From: Aquabacterium sp.
Lineage (GTDB): Bacteria; Pseudomonadota; Gammaproteobacteria; Burkholderiales; Burkholderiaceae_C
Assembly: GCF_035476535.1 (NCBI RefSeq)
Contig: NZ_DATILJ010000014.1
Coordinates: 602 to 64,601 of the forward strand
DNA: 64,000 nucleotides
Direction: 5' to 3'
The notes under the pieces are model-generated. The model searched no databases. It was not told the DNA's origin and saw only the letters and a program-made list of their open reading frames with translations. The translations under genes were made by a program, and so were the position numbers. Shown one piece after another: positions 29,167 to 38,475 of the stretch (its first letter is position 1; each line of letters begins with the position of its first letter).

Positions 29167-31049
29167 GCAATGGACTCCCCGCGCACCGCGCCCATCGTCG
29201 TATCCCGGCAGGCATCGCCTGCCTTGGTGGTGAGCAGCAGGAACTTCTGCATGTCCCAGGCCCCTGTCGGGCAGCGCTCTGCGCACAGCCCGCAGTGCAG
29301 GCAGACATCCTCGTCCTTGACCATCACGCGCTGCGTCTTCAGCGCGCCGCTGACATACAGCGCCTGGTCGGCATGCAGCGCCGGCGCATTCAGGCGGCCC
29401 CGCAGGTCGGCCTCGTCGCCGTTGCCGGTGAAGCTGATGCAGTCCATCGGGCAGATGTCGACGCAGGCGTCGCACTCGATGCACAGCTTGTCGGTGAACA
29501 CCGTCTGCACATCGCAGTTCAGGCAGCGTTCGGCTTCCTTGAATGCGGTGGCCAGGTCGAAGCCGAGTTCCACCTCCACCTTGATGCTGGCCAGCGCCTT
29601 CTCGGCCTTGGCCCAGGGCACCTTGAAGCGCAGCTCATTCGAGATCGCGTTGTCGTAGCTCCACTCGTGGATGCCCATCTTCTGCGACATCAGGTTCAGG
29701 TGCGGCGGCGGGCGCCGCGTGGCCGATTCGCCGTGCAGCAAGCGGTCGATCGATACAGCAGCTTCATGGCCGTGCGCCACCGCGGTGATGATGTTCTTCG
29801 GGCCGAAGGCCGCGTCGCCGCCAAAGAACACAGTGGGTAGAGATGACTGGAAGGTCTGCGCATCGATCGTGGGCATGCCCCATTCGTCGAAGTTGATGCC
29901 GCTGTCACGCTCGATCCACGGGAACGAATTTTCCTGGCCGACGGCGATCAGTACCTCGTCGCAGGCGATCTCGACCTCGGGCTCGCCGCTGGGCTTGAGG
30001 CTGCGGCGGCCCTTGTCGTCGTAGACCGCGTGCACGATCTCGAAGCGCATGCCGACCAATCTGCCGGCGTCATGCACGAAGGCCTTGGGCACATGGAAGT
30101 TGATGATCGGGATGCCTTCATGCATCGCGTCTTCCTTCTCCCAGGGCGAGGCCTTCATCTCGTCGAAGCCCGAGCGCACGACGACCTTGACGCTGTCGGC
30201 GCCCAGGCGGCGCGCCGAGCGGCAGCAGTCCATCGCGGTGTTGCCGCCGCCGAGCACGATCACGCGCTTCTTGACGCTGGTGACATGGCCGAAGGACACC
30301 GAGGCCAGCCAGTCGATGCCGATGTGGATGTCTGCCGCGGCTTCATCGCGGCCGGGCAGTTCGAGGTTGCGGCCACGCGGCGCGCCGCAGCCGACGAACA
30401 CCGCGTCGAAGTCCTCCTTCAGCAGCGCGTTCATCGACTCGACGTAGCGGCCGGAGCGGAACTCGACACCGAGGTTCAGGATGTAGCCGCACTCTTCGTC
30501 GATCACCTCCTCGGGCAGGCGGAAGCGCGGCACCTGCGTGCGCATGAAGCCGCCGGCCTTCTTTTCACCGTCGAACACCGTGACGGCGTAGCCCTGGCTG
30601 GCCAGGTCGCGCGCCACCGTCAGCGAGGCTGGGCCGGCGCCGACGCAGGCCACGCGCTTGCCGTTGCGGGCCAGCGGCCGCGGAATGCGGGCGCGGATGT
30701 CCTCGCTCTTGAAGTCCGCGGCCACGCGCTTCAGCCGGCAGATCGCCACCGGCTCGGGTTTCTCCGCGTTTTTCTCCTCGACACGGCCTCGCCGGCAGGC
30801 CGGCTCACACGGCCGGTCGCAGGTGCGGCCGAGCACGCCGGGGAAGACGTTGGACTCCCAGTTGACCATGTAGGCGTCGTCGTAACGACCCTGCGCGATC
30901 AGTCGGATGTACTCGGGCACGGGGGTGTGCGCGGGGCACGCCCATTGGCAATCGACGACCTTGTGGAAGTAGGCCGGGTCGGCCACGTTGGTGGGCTGCA
31001 AGCGTGTCTCCTGGTCAAGGATTGCGGGCCGGGCAGCCTTGTTGGCCAC
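29163..31049 (-). CDS. FAD/NAD(P)-binding oxidoreductase (glutamate-synthase small-subunit-like) with C-terminal 2x[4Fe-4S] ferredoxin domain; KorC-like
   Basis: N-terminal Cys cluster (VDCQWACPAH...RTCDRPCEPAC). Rossmann motifs VACVGAGPASL and VIVLGGGNTAMD. C-terminal CLNCDVQTVF..CIECDACVDICP and CLHCGLCAERCP. The start is uncertain: GTG 31049 (VANKAARP...) or ATG 31124, and neither has a good SD. Confidence 0.75.
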   Translation of the reverse strand: MANKAARPAILDQETRLQPTNVADPAYFHKVVDCQWACPAHTPVPEYIRLIAQGRYDDAYMVNWESNVFPGVLGRTCDRPCEPACRRGRVEEKNAEKPEPVAICRLKRVAADFKSEDIRARIPRPLARNGKRVACVGAGPASLTVARDLASQGYAVTVFDGEKKAGGFMRTQVPRFRLPEEVIDEECGYILNLGVEFRSGRYVESMNALLKEDFDAVFVGCGAPRGRNLELPGRDEAAADIHIGIDWLASVSFGHVTSVKKRVIVLGGGNTAMDCCRSARRLGADSVKVVVRSGFDEMKASPWEKEDAMHEGIPIINFHVPKAFVHDAGRLVGMRFEIVHAVYDDKGRRSLKPSGEPEVEIACDEVLIAVGQENSFPWIERDSGINFDEWGMPTIDAQTFQSSLPTVFFGGDAAFGPKNIITAVAHGHEAAVSIDRLLHGESATRRPPPHLNLMSQKMGIHEWSYDNAISNELRFKVPWAKAEKALASIKVEVELGFDLATAFKEAERCLNCDVQTVFTDKLCIECDACVDICPMDCISFTGNGDEADLRGRLNAPALHADQALYVSGALKTQRVMVKDEDVCLHCGLCAERCPTGAWDMQKFLLLTTKAGDACRDTTMGAVRGESIA

Positions 31050-31166
31050 TCTCGAGCCTGCGAAGGCCAGTCTACGCCCGGTCCATGCACCACTGATATG
31101 CAGGGACACCCCAGGGTTGTGCATCGAACCGACGACGCGCCCATCCCGCCCCCGTTTCCCGTTACG

Positions 31167-33017
31167 TCACAAGACGAAGTCGCCCGCATCCAGCGTGATG
31201 ATGCCGGTCAGCGTGAGCTGGAAATCGGCGCTGGCGTTGCCGTCGTAGTCGGCTCGCACGATGGTGTTGCCGCCCTGGTAGCTGACCGTCACCTCGCCCG
31301 GGTGGAAGCCGGGCGTGAAGCCCAGCGTGCCGCGGAAGCTGAAGGCCTGGTTGCCCGACGACCAGTAGTTGGCGTCGATGGCCGACAGGTCGATCTTGTC
31401 CACGCCATGCTCGAAGTCGGCCAGCACGTCGATGCCGGTGGTGCTGCCGCTGTCGAGGATGCTGTCGAAGCGAAACTTGTCGCTGCCGGTGCCGCCGGTC
31501 AGTTTGTCGATGCCCCAGCCGCCCACCAGCACGTCGTTGCCGTGGAAGCCGCTCAGCGTGTCGTTGCCCTTGTCGCCGAACAGCCAGTCGTTGCCGCTGC
31601 CGCCATGGGCGTAGTCGTTGTCGTCACCCCCCATCAGCGTGTCGTTGTTGTCGCCGCCGGACAGGTTGTCGATGCCGGCGCCACCCCACAGCACGTCGTC
31701 GCCGCCGGAGCCGTACAGGTCGTCGTTGCCACCGTCACCCGACAGCTTGTCATTGCCGCCTTCGCCGCTGATCCAGTCGTTGCCGTCGCCGCCCCAGGCT
31801 TCGTCGTCGCCCGTGCCGCCGTAGACCTTGTCGTTGCCGCTCTCGCCGTACAGCTTGTCATTGCCACCATCGCCACGCACGATGTCGTTGCCGCTGCCGC
31901 CGAGGATCGTGTCGGCGCCGGTGCCCAAGCCGCCGTACAGGTCGTCGTCGCCTTCGTAGCCCTTGATCTCGTCGGCGCTGGCGCCGCCGCCGGCGATGTC
32001 GTTGGCCAGCGCGTTGCCCCACAGGCGGGTGGCCGCCGCGGTGCCGGTGTAGGTCATGTCCTCGACGTTGCTGTGCAGGAAGGTGCTGGTGGCCTTGGTC
32101 AGCACGTGGTCCACGCCCTGGCCCGACCATTCACGCACGCCCCAGCCGGCGAAGAAGCCGATGTCGGTGCCGACGTAGTTGCCGCTCTGGATCTCGTAGG
32201 TGTCGTTGCCCGAACCGCCTTCCATCGTCGGCCGGTCGTTGCCGACGGCCACCAGCTTGTCGTCGCCGTTGCCACCGTTCAGGTAGTCCTCGCCGAGGCC
32301 ATTGTCGCGACGAGCGACGTTGACATCGGACTGGTTGCGCGAATAGAGGGTGTCGTTGCCGTCGCCGCCATACAGCGCGTCGTCCTCGTTGCTGCCGACC
32401 ATCACGTTGGCCAGGCTGTTGCCCTTGACCTTCGCGTACTCGTCGGGATCGCCGGCCAGCGCCGCCGCCGGGATGCGGAACACGTTCAGGTTCTCGACGT
32501 TGGCGGGCAGCAGGTACTCGGTCATCTCGTTGAAGAACGAGGTGCCGAGGTGGACGGTGTCCAGGCCTTCGCCGGCGTTCTCGAACACCTGCGGCACCGC
32601 GTCGTCGACCAGCGTCGAATCGGACACGCGGGTGATCGAGTAGACATCGTTGCCGGTGCCGCCGTACATCTTGGTGGTGGACAGCCAGGCGCCTGCGCCG
32701 CTGGTGGACAGCACGTCGTTGCCGGCGCCGCCATACATCAGGTTGCTGCCGCCGCCGCACGAGAGCACGTCGTCGCCGTCGCCGCCGTTGAGCTGGTCGT
32801 CACCGTAGCCGCCGTCGAGCTTGTCGTTGCCGGATTCGCCGTACAGCTTGTCGTTGCCGTCGTCGCCGTAAATGGTGTCGTTGTGGCTGCCGCCCCAGAT
32901 CCAGTCGTCGCCGTCGCCGCCGCCGAGCGTGTCGGCACCGTCGTAGCCGTAGATCTTGTCGCTGTCGTTGCCACCCTTGAGGTTGTCGGTGACGTTGGTG
33001 CCTTTGATCGTTGCCAT
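31167..33017 (-). CDS. RTX (hemolysin-type calcium-binding repeat) protein with type I secretion C-terminal target domain
   Basis: 616 aa. Two blocks of GGxGxDxUx nonapeptides (GGDGDDWIWGGSHNDTIYGDDGNDKLYGESGNDKLDGG...). C-terminus DKFRFDSILDSG...IDVLADFEHGVDKIDLSAIDAN...QAFSF...DYDGNASADFQLTLTG...LDAGDFVL. Confidence 0.9.
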   Translation of the reverse strand: MATIKGTNVTDNLKGGNDSDKIYGYDGADTLGGGDGDDWIWGGSHNDTIYGDDGNDKLYGESGNDKLDGGYGDDQLNGGDGDDVLSCGGGSNLMYGGAGNDVLSTSGAGAWLSTTKMYGGTGNDVYSITRVSDSTLVDDAVPQVFENAGEGLDTVHLGTSFFNEMTEYLLPANVENLNVFRIPAAALAGDPDEYAKVKGNSLANVMVGSNEDDALYGGDGNDTLYSRNQSDVNVARRDNGLGEDYLNGGNGDDKLVAVGNDRPTMEGGSGNDTYEIQSGNYVGTDIGFFAGWGVREWSGQGVDHVLTKATSTFLHSNVEDMTYTGTAAATRLWGNALANDIAGGGASADEIKGYEGDDDLYGGLGTGADTILGGSGNDIVRGDGGNDKLYGESGNDKVYGGTGDDEAWGGDGNDWISGEGGNDKLSGDGGNDDLYGSGGDDVLWGGAGIDNLSGGDNNDTLMGGDDNDYAHGGSGNDWLFGDKGNDTLSGFHGNDVLVGGWGIDKLTGGTGSDKFRFDSILDSGSTTGIDVLADFEHGVDKIDLSAIDANYWSSGNQAFSFRGTLGFTPGFHPGEVTVSYQGGNTIVRADYDGNASADFQLTLTGIITLDAGDFVL

Positions 33018-33333
33018 GCTGTTCTCGCTTCTGATGATGTTGACCTGCGCGTCTCACCCGAGACCTTCTCGGATGCCCAACGGCGGGATGACGAGATGGT
33101 CGCGGCGGGCTGTTTCACTGCCGCATCACGGCAGGTCGACTTTGTTGTCGCGGCAGTCGTGGCATGGCAAGGGCACGCGGCCAGCGTTGCTGGCGCGTTG
33201 CGTCGCCACCGAACTTCTGAAACAAACGGCGTCAACACCCCCGCAGCTGGGGGGCAGCAACCCGGGCGCGGCGCGTGCGCCCTGCTGCGGTACCGCGGCT
33301 GCCTTGAGTTGCCGTGAACCGCCTCGATGACCG

Positions 33334-34569
33334 CTAACCTGACGTCGGCGCGTGGCGCAGCGGCTGCGCCTGCCGCACCGCCGGGTCCAGCGCCGCGGCC
33401 AGCGCGATGCCGGCCTGCATCAACACGAACAGCGCCAGCGCCCAGAACAGCCCGGCATGTTCGATGGTGTAGCCGCACAAGGCCGAGCCGACCGGGTTGA
33501 GCCCGTGGGCGATGAGCCGGAAGCTGCTATTGACGCGTCCCTGCAGCCCGTCCGGGATCATCGCGATGCGGTGGCTGAACTGCACCACGTTGTAGATCGG
33601 CGCGAAGAACTGCATCAGCCCGTAGACCAGGCCAATGCCCAGCGCACTGCCGGCCACGCCCAGCAGCGGGAACAGCACCGCCTGCAGTACCAGCGTGCCG
33701 ATGATCACCTGGCCGAAGCTGAGGTACTGCCGTACTTGGCCGCCGACCAGCGCACCGAGCACACCACCGACACCGGCGGCGCTGAAGATGAGCCCGATCT
33801 GTGCTTCGCTGGCGCCCTGGCGCTGCGCCAGCACGATCAAGAGCAGGGGCATCGCCGACGCAATGCAGTTGGCGACGCCGGTCAGCATCGACATGTCGCG
33901 CACCAGCCGTTCTCGCCACAGCCAGCGCAGGCCTTCGGCGATGTCGGCGCGCATGTTCAGCGCCGAGCGGGCCGGCGCTGGATCGAAGGGCGTGCGCAAG
34001 CGCCAGATCAGCAGTGCCGACACCGCGAAGCCGATCGCATTCAGCGCAAACGGCAAACCGCGGCCCAGGCTGCCGAACAGCCAGGTGCCCAGCGCCGGGC
34101 CGGCGATGGCGGCACCGGCAAAACCGACCTGGTTCTGCGCCGCGGCTTGTGGCAGTTGCGCATGGGCCACCACCCGCGGCAACGCGGCCGTCTCGGCGAT
34201 GTTGAAGAACACCATCAGCGTGCCTTCGACGATGGCGACGACATAGATCTGCGGCATCGCCAGCGCATCGAACAGCCAGGCCACAGCCAGGCTGCCGACG
34301 ACGATGACGCGCCCGACATCGCACACCAGCATCACGCGGCGGCGGTTCCAGCGGTCGATCAAGGCGCCGACCGGCAGGCTCAGCATCAGGTAGGGCGTGA
34401 TGCGCAGCGCCGACACCAGGCCCACTGTCGCCGGGCTGTGCGTGATCGCCAGGACCAGCAGCGGGTAGATCACGCCGGCCGCATACGAACCGGTGGTGGA
34501 GACGATCTGCGCCGTCCACAGCAGCATGTATTCACGCTGCCGCCACAGCGGCGGGTGCGCAGCGCTCAC
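33334..34569 (-). CDS. MFS transporter (EntS/MFS_3-like)
   Basis: GTG at 34569-34567 overlaps the parC TGA (34568-34566). Product (M)[26 protein letters not shown]... with 12 predicted TM helices. The track ORF start at 34722 lies inside parC. Confidence 0.8.
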   Translation of the reverse strand: MSAAHPPLWRQREYMLLWTAQIVSTTGSYAAGVIYPLLVLAITHSPATVGLVSALRITPYLMLSLPVGALIDRWNRRRVMLVCDVGRVIVVGSLAVAWLFDALAMPQIYVVAIVEGTLMVFFNIAETAALPRVVAHAQLPQAAAQNQVGFAGAAIAGPALGTWLFGSLGRGLPFALNAIGFAVSALLIWRLRTPFDPAPARSALNMRADIAEGLRWLWRERLVRDMSMLTGVANCIASAMPLLLIVLAQRQGASEAQIGLIFSAAGVGGVLGALVGGQVRQYLSFGQVIIGTLVLQAVLFPLLGVAGSALGIGLVYGLMQFFAPIYNVVQFSHRIAMIPDGLQGRVNSSFRLIAHGLNPVGSALCGYTIEHAGLFWALALFVLMQAGIALAAALDPAVRQAQPLRHAPTSG

Positions 34570-36896
34570 ACCACCACGCGCATCACCTTCACCAGCCCCT
34601 CGACCTTGCGGCCCTTGCGCGCCCGCTTGCCGGTGTGCGCCGCCAGGCCTGCGTACTTCAGGTCTTCTTCCTTGGGCTTGCCGCCGCGACCGCTGCCCAG
34701 CACCTTCAAGTTGTCGGCACAAGTCGCCACCGAGATCAGCGGCTCCTGGTCGTCGACGTCCATCAGCGTCAACCCCTTGCCGCCATTGGGCTGCAGCTTC
34801 AGCTCGTCCAGCGGGAACACCAGCAGCCGGCCGTCCAGCGACAGGCAGGCGACCTGCGTGTGCGCGGCGGCCACGATCACCGGCGGCAGGACACGGTCGG
34901 TGTCGGCCAAGGTCAGGAAGCTCTTGCCGGCCTTGTTGCGGCCCTGCATGTCGCCAGCCTTGGCCAGCAGGCCGAAGCCGCCGGTGTTGGCCAGCAGCAG
35001 CCTCGTCTCGGCCGCACCGGCGAAGTAGTGCTGCGGCTGCGTGCCGGCTTCCAGGTCGATCAGGCTGGTGATCGGCACGCCGTCGCCGCGCCCGCCGGGC
35101 AAGCTGCTGATGGCCACCGAGTACACCCGGCCGTTGCCGTTGGCAGCCGAGCCGAAGACCAGCAAGGTGTCGACGCTGCGGCTCGGGAAGGTGCCGTACA
35201 ACGCATCGCCGGCCTTGAACTGCAGCGTCGCGGCATCGATCTCATGGCCCTTCAGCGCCCGCACCCAGCCCTTCAGGCTGACGACCACGGTCACCGGCTC
35301 GTCGACCACCTTGATCTCGGCGACCACGCGCTTCTCGGCCTGGATCAAGGTGCGGCGATCGTCGCCATGCGTCTTCGCATCGGTCTCGATCTCGCGGATC
35401 ACCGTGCGCTTCAGGGCCGCCGGGCTGCCGAGGATCTCTTCCAGCTTGGCCTGATCTTCGCGCAGGCTCTTCAGCTCCTGCTCGATCTTGATCGCTTCCA
35501 GCCGCGCCAGCTGACGCAGCCGGATGTCGAGAATGTCCTCGGCCTGGCGATCGCTCAGCTTGAAACGCGTGATCAGCGCCGGCTTGGGCTCGTCGGCCGT
35601 GCGGATGATGTGGATCACCTCGTCGATGTTCAGCAGCACCAGCTGCCGGCCTTCGAGGATGTGGATGCGGTCGCGCACCTTGTCCAGCCGGTGCTGGGTG
35701 CGGCGCTGCACCGTCTGCTGGCGGAAGTCGATCCACTCCACCAGCATCTGGCGCAGGCTCTTCTGCGTCGGCCGGCCGTCGCGGCCGACCATCGTCAGGT
35801 TCACCGAGACGCTGGTCTCGAGGCTGGTGTGGGCCAGCAAGGTGGTGATCAGCTCTTGCTGTTCGATGGTGCGGCTCTTGGGCTCGAACACCAGGCGCAC
35901 CGCGGCTTCCTTGCCGGACTCGTCGCGCACGGTGTCCAGCACCGCCAGCACGGCCGCCTTCAGCTGCACCTGCTCGCTGGACAGCGCCTTCTTGCCGGTC
36001 TTGACCTTGGGGTTGGTGAGTTCCTCGACCTCCTCGAGCACCTTCTTCGCACTGGTGCCGGCCGGCAACTCGGTGACGACCAGCTGCCACTGGCCACGTG
36101 CCAGATCCTCGATCTTCCAGCGCGCGCGCAGCTTCAGGCTGCCGCGGCCGCTGGCGTAGGCCTCGCGGATGTCGGCGTCGGCCGAGATCAGCTGACCGCC
36201 GCCGGGGAAATCGGGGCCAGGCAGCAGGGTGTACAGCGCGTCGTCGCTGAGCTTGTCGTCGCGGATCAGCGCCACTGCGGCAGCCGCCACTTCGCGCAGG
36301 TTGTGGCTGGGGATCTCGGTGGCCAGGCCGACGGCAATGCCGCTGGCCCCATTGAGCAGCACGAAGGGCAGGCGCGCCGGCAGCAGCTTGGGCTCTTCGG
36401 TCGAGCCGTCGTAGTTCGGGATGAAGTCGACCGTGCCTTCGTCGAGTTCGTCGAGCAGCAGCCGGGCGATCGGGCTCAGCCGCGCTTCGGTGTAGCGCAT
36501 CGCCGCGGCGCCATCGCCGTCGCGGCTGCCGAAGTTGCCCTGGCCATCGATCAGCGGGTAGCGCTGCGAAAAGTCCTGCGCCATGCGCACCAGCGCGTCG
36601 TAGGCCGCCTGGTCGCTGTGCGGGTGGAACTTGCCGAGCACGTCGCCGACGACGCGGGCGCTTTTCACCGGCTTGGGCGCACCGCTGGCACCGAAGCTCA
36701 GGCCCATGCGCTGCATCGCATACAGGATGCGGCGCTGCACCGGCTTGGCGCCGTCGCAGACATCGGGCAGCGCGCGGCCCTTGACGACGCTCAGCGCGTA
36801 TTCGAGGTAGGCCCGTTCGGCGTAGTGGGCCAGCGTGATCGAGTCGCCGCCTGCCGGTGGTTCCGCGGGCGGCATCAAGGAGAGTTGTTCAGGCAT
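34566..36896 (-). CDS. parC: DNA topoisomerase IV subunit A
   Basis: [60 protein letters not shown] (catalytic Tyr). 776 aa, which is ParC-sized rather than GyrA-sized. Confidence 0.92.
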   Translation of the reverse strand: MPEQLSLMPPAEPPAGGDSITLAHYAERAYLEYALSVVKGRALPDVCDGAKPVQRRILYAMQRMGLSFGASGAPKPVKSARVVGDVLGKFHPHSDQAAYDALVRMAQDFSQRYPLIDGQGNFGSRDGDGAAAMRYTEARLSPIARLLLDELDEGTVDFIPNYDGSTEEPKLLPARLPFVLLNGASGIAVGLATEIPSHNLREVAAAAVALIRDDKLSDDALYTLLPGPDFPGGGQLISADADIREAYASGRGSLKLRARWKIEDLARGQWQLVVTELPAGTSAKKVLEEVEELTNPKVKTGKKALSSEQVQLKAAVLAVLDTVRDESGKEAAVRLVFEPKSRTIEQQELITTLLAHTSLETSVSVNLTMVGRDGRPTQKSLRQMLVEWIDFRQQTVQRRTQHRLDKVRDRIHILEGRQLVLLNIDEVIHIIRTADEPKPALITRFKLSDRQAEDILDIRLRQLARLEAIKIEQELKSLREDQAKLEEILGSPAALKRTVIREIETDAKTHGDDRRTLIQAEKRVVAEIKVVDEPVTVVVSLKGWVRALKGHEIDAATLQFKAGDALYGTFPSRSVDTLLVFGSAANGNGRVYSVAISSLPGGRGDGVPITSLIDLEAGTQPQHYFAGAAETRLLLANTGGFGLLAKAGDMQGRNKAGKSFLTLADTDRVLPPVIVAAAHTQVACLSLDGRLLVFPLDELKLQPNGGKGLTLMDVDDQEPLISVATCADNLKVLGSGRGGKPKEEDLKYAGLAAHTGKRARKGRKVEGLVKVMRVVV

Positions 36897-36968
36897 TCAG
36901 GGGGCACGCAAGACAGGCGGGGCAGCAAGACAGACGGGGCCCTGGGGCCCCGGAGCGGGCATTGTGCC

Positions 36969-36992
36969 GTGCCGGCGCCCAGGCGCCGGCAC
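36969..36992. other. Perfect 10-bp GC hairpin (GTGCCGGCGC-CCAG-GCGCCGGCAC) between the Cys-repeat gene and parC
   Basis: Read directly from the sequence. It lies 8 nt below the stop at 37000. No U-tract follows on the minus strand, so it is not called an intrinsic terminator. Confidence 0.35.
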
Positions 36993-36999
36993 GCTGGCC

Positions 37000-37737
37000 T
37001 CAGCGGCCCAGGCGCAGCATTTCGCAGCGCTTGACCTGGCCGGGCGCCGGGTCGACGCCGAAGCTGTCGTTGCTGCAGACCAGGCCGTTCAGCGCTTCAC
37101 GGTAGGCGTAGCGGCCGTTGGCGCCGTAGCGAAGCATGCCGGGGCCCCTGAAACTGCACTGGCCGTTCTCGTTCGCGCAGGCCGTCCAGGGCAGGCCGAC
37201 GCCGGGTGCCGGCGGACGCGGGTCGCTGGTGCCGCCGGCGCCGACGCCCAGCAGGTACTCGCACTGCTTGGCAACGTCAGGCGCCGGGTCGCCGAACACC
37301 TCGTTGTTGCAGCGCACCGTGTTGGCGACATCGCGGTAGGCGTACTGGCCACCGGCGCCGTAGCGCACGCGGCCCGGGCCGGGCACGCGGCAGCGTTCAC
37401 CTTCGCTGGCGCACAGCACCCAGCCGGCGCTGTCACGGCCGTCTTCGCGCCAGCCGCGGTAGCGGATGTCCTGGCGCCAGTTCAGCGAGACCTGGCACTG
37501 CTTGGTCCGGTTGGGCGCCGGATCGCCGAACTCCTCGGTGTCGCAGGCCACCTGGTTGCGCACCACGCGGAAGCTGTAGCGGCCGTCGATGCCGAAGCGC
37601 ACCAGCGCCTCGCCCTTGAAGCGGCAGGCTTCGCCTTCGTTGGCGCAAGGCGCCCAATCGCTCTGCGCCAGCGCCGCGGTGGGCACGGCCGACAAGACCA
37701 GCAGGCCGCTCAGGGCCCAGGAAAAATGGCGTTTCAT
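37000..37737 (-). CDS. Secreted protein composed of three tandem ~54-aa four-cysteine repeats
   Basis: ATG at 37737. Signal peptide MKRHFSWALSGLLVLSAVPTAALA|Q. Three repeats with the consensus W.CA.E...C.F.G...(V/L)R(Y/F)G..G.Y.(Y/F)R....N.V.C....FG.DPAP...K.C. Confidence 0.7.
   Translation of the reverse strand: MKRHFSWALSGLLVLSAVPTAALAQSDWAPCANEGEACRFKGEALVRFGIDGRYSFRVVRNQVACDTEEFGDPAPNRTKQCQVSLNWRQDIRYRGWREDGRDSAGWVLCASEGERCRVPGPGRVRYGAGGQYAYRDVANTVRCNNEVFGDPAPDVAKQCEYLLGVGAGGTSDPRPPAPGVGLPWTACANENGQCSFRGPGMLRYGANGRYAYREALNGLVCSNDSFGVDPAPGQVKRCEMLRLGR
37024..37656 (-). repeat. Three in-frame coding repeats (37495-37656, 37261-37422, 37024-37188)
   Basis: Residues W28-C81, W106-C159 and W184-C238 align with an identical Cys spacing of C-x6-C-x26-C-x15/16-C. 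Confidence 0.7.
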
Positions 37738-37815
37738 GGCTGTTCGCTGGGGGTTGAAGTTCCTGAATTGAACCACGCAGCCGGGCGGCAGCGGCTGGCG
37801 CCCGGTCGGCCTGGG

Positions 37816-38391
37816 TCAGGCCCCCGACGGCGGCCGCCCGGAGGCCTGGGCAGCGCCCTCATGCCCGAGGGCGATGCGGGCCTGGAACTCGCGGTCGAGC
37901 ATGCTCATGACGATCAGCGAGTCGTAGCCGTCGGCACCGTCGATGTTGACGCGCACGCTTTCGCGCAACCGGCCTTCCTCGACAAACCCTTCGCTGGCAT
38001 ACAGTGCCAGCGCGCGCTGGTTCAGGCCTTTCACGTCGAGCCAGAAGCGGTGGGCATGCAGGTCGCGAAAGGCCATCAGCTTCAACAGGCGCACGCAGGC
38101 GCGGCCCAGGCCCTGGCCCTTGACCTGCAACACGATGCGCTTCAACTCGACGCTGCGGTGTTGGTTGCGGCAGCCCTGCAGGATGACGAAGCCGGTGCGC
38201 TCATAGTCCGGCCCGGCTTCGACGATGAAGTGCCGCAGGTCGGGAAAGCGCAAGGCGCCTTCGTGCTGCGTGCGCTCCCAGGGCGAGATGAACGGCAGGT
38301 TGCGCGCATCGGTTTCGACCGAGACGACGAAGTCCAGGTCGCTGAGCATCGTCGGCCGCAGCCGCAGGCGGGTGGTCGGAGCAGGATTCAT
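37816..38391 (-). CDS. GNAT-family N-acetyltransferase
   Basis: 191 aa. LRLRPTMLSDLDFV...; acetyl-CoA motif VLQVKGQGLGRACVRLLKLMAF...; LDVKGLNQRALALYASEGFVEEG. Confidence 0.8.
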   Translation of the reverse strand: MNPAPTTRLRLRPTMLSDLDFVVSVETDARNLPFISPWERTQHEGALRFPDLRHFIVEAGPDYERTGFVILQGCRNQHRSVELKRIVLQVKGQGLGRACVRLLKLMAFRDLHAHRFWLDVKGLNQRALALYASEGFVEEGRLRESVRVNIDGADGYDSLIVMSMLDREFQARIALGHEGAAQASGRPPSGA

Positions 38392-38413
38392 GAGCGATCG
38401 ATTGTGCCGCCCG

Positions 38414-38443
38414 CCAACGAAACGGGGCCGCTTTCGCGGCCCC
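38414..38443 (-). terminator. Intrinsic terminator downstream of the S8 protease gene
   Basis: The minus-strand RNA reads GGGGCCGC-GAAA-GCGGCCCC (8-bp perfect stem, GNRA-like loop) followed by GUUUCGUUGG. Confidence 0.6.
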
Positions 38444-38475
38444 GGTGATCAGTCAACAGTCGAGCGAGCTCGTGC

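Noticed and set aside
31200-33000. Regular ~27-nt periodicity that could be mistaken for a repeat array or CRISPR
   Set aside because: It is the coding periodicity of the RTX nonapeptide repeats (GGxGxDxUx) inside one uninterrupted ORF. There are no unique spacers and no cas genes in the window.
36905-36935. Short direct repeats GCAAGACAGGCGGGG / GCAAGACAGACGGGG upstream of parC, and a similar GCAAGAC triplet at 3318-3348 upstream of the TM-helix gene
   Set aside because: They are too short and too few to distinguish from chance. No associated inverted repeats or known binding motif is recognised. Noted only in case a genome-wide motif search is run.
36969-36992. The 10-bp perfect hairpin considered as an intrinsic terminator for the Cys-repeat gene
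   Set aside because: The hairpin is real, but the minus-strand sequence after it (GCACAAUGCCCGCUCC) has no U-tract. It is kept as a generic hairpin feature and not called a terminator.
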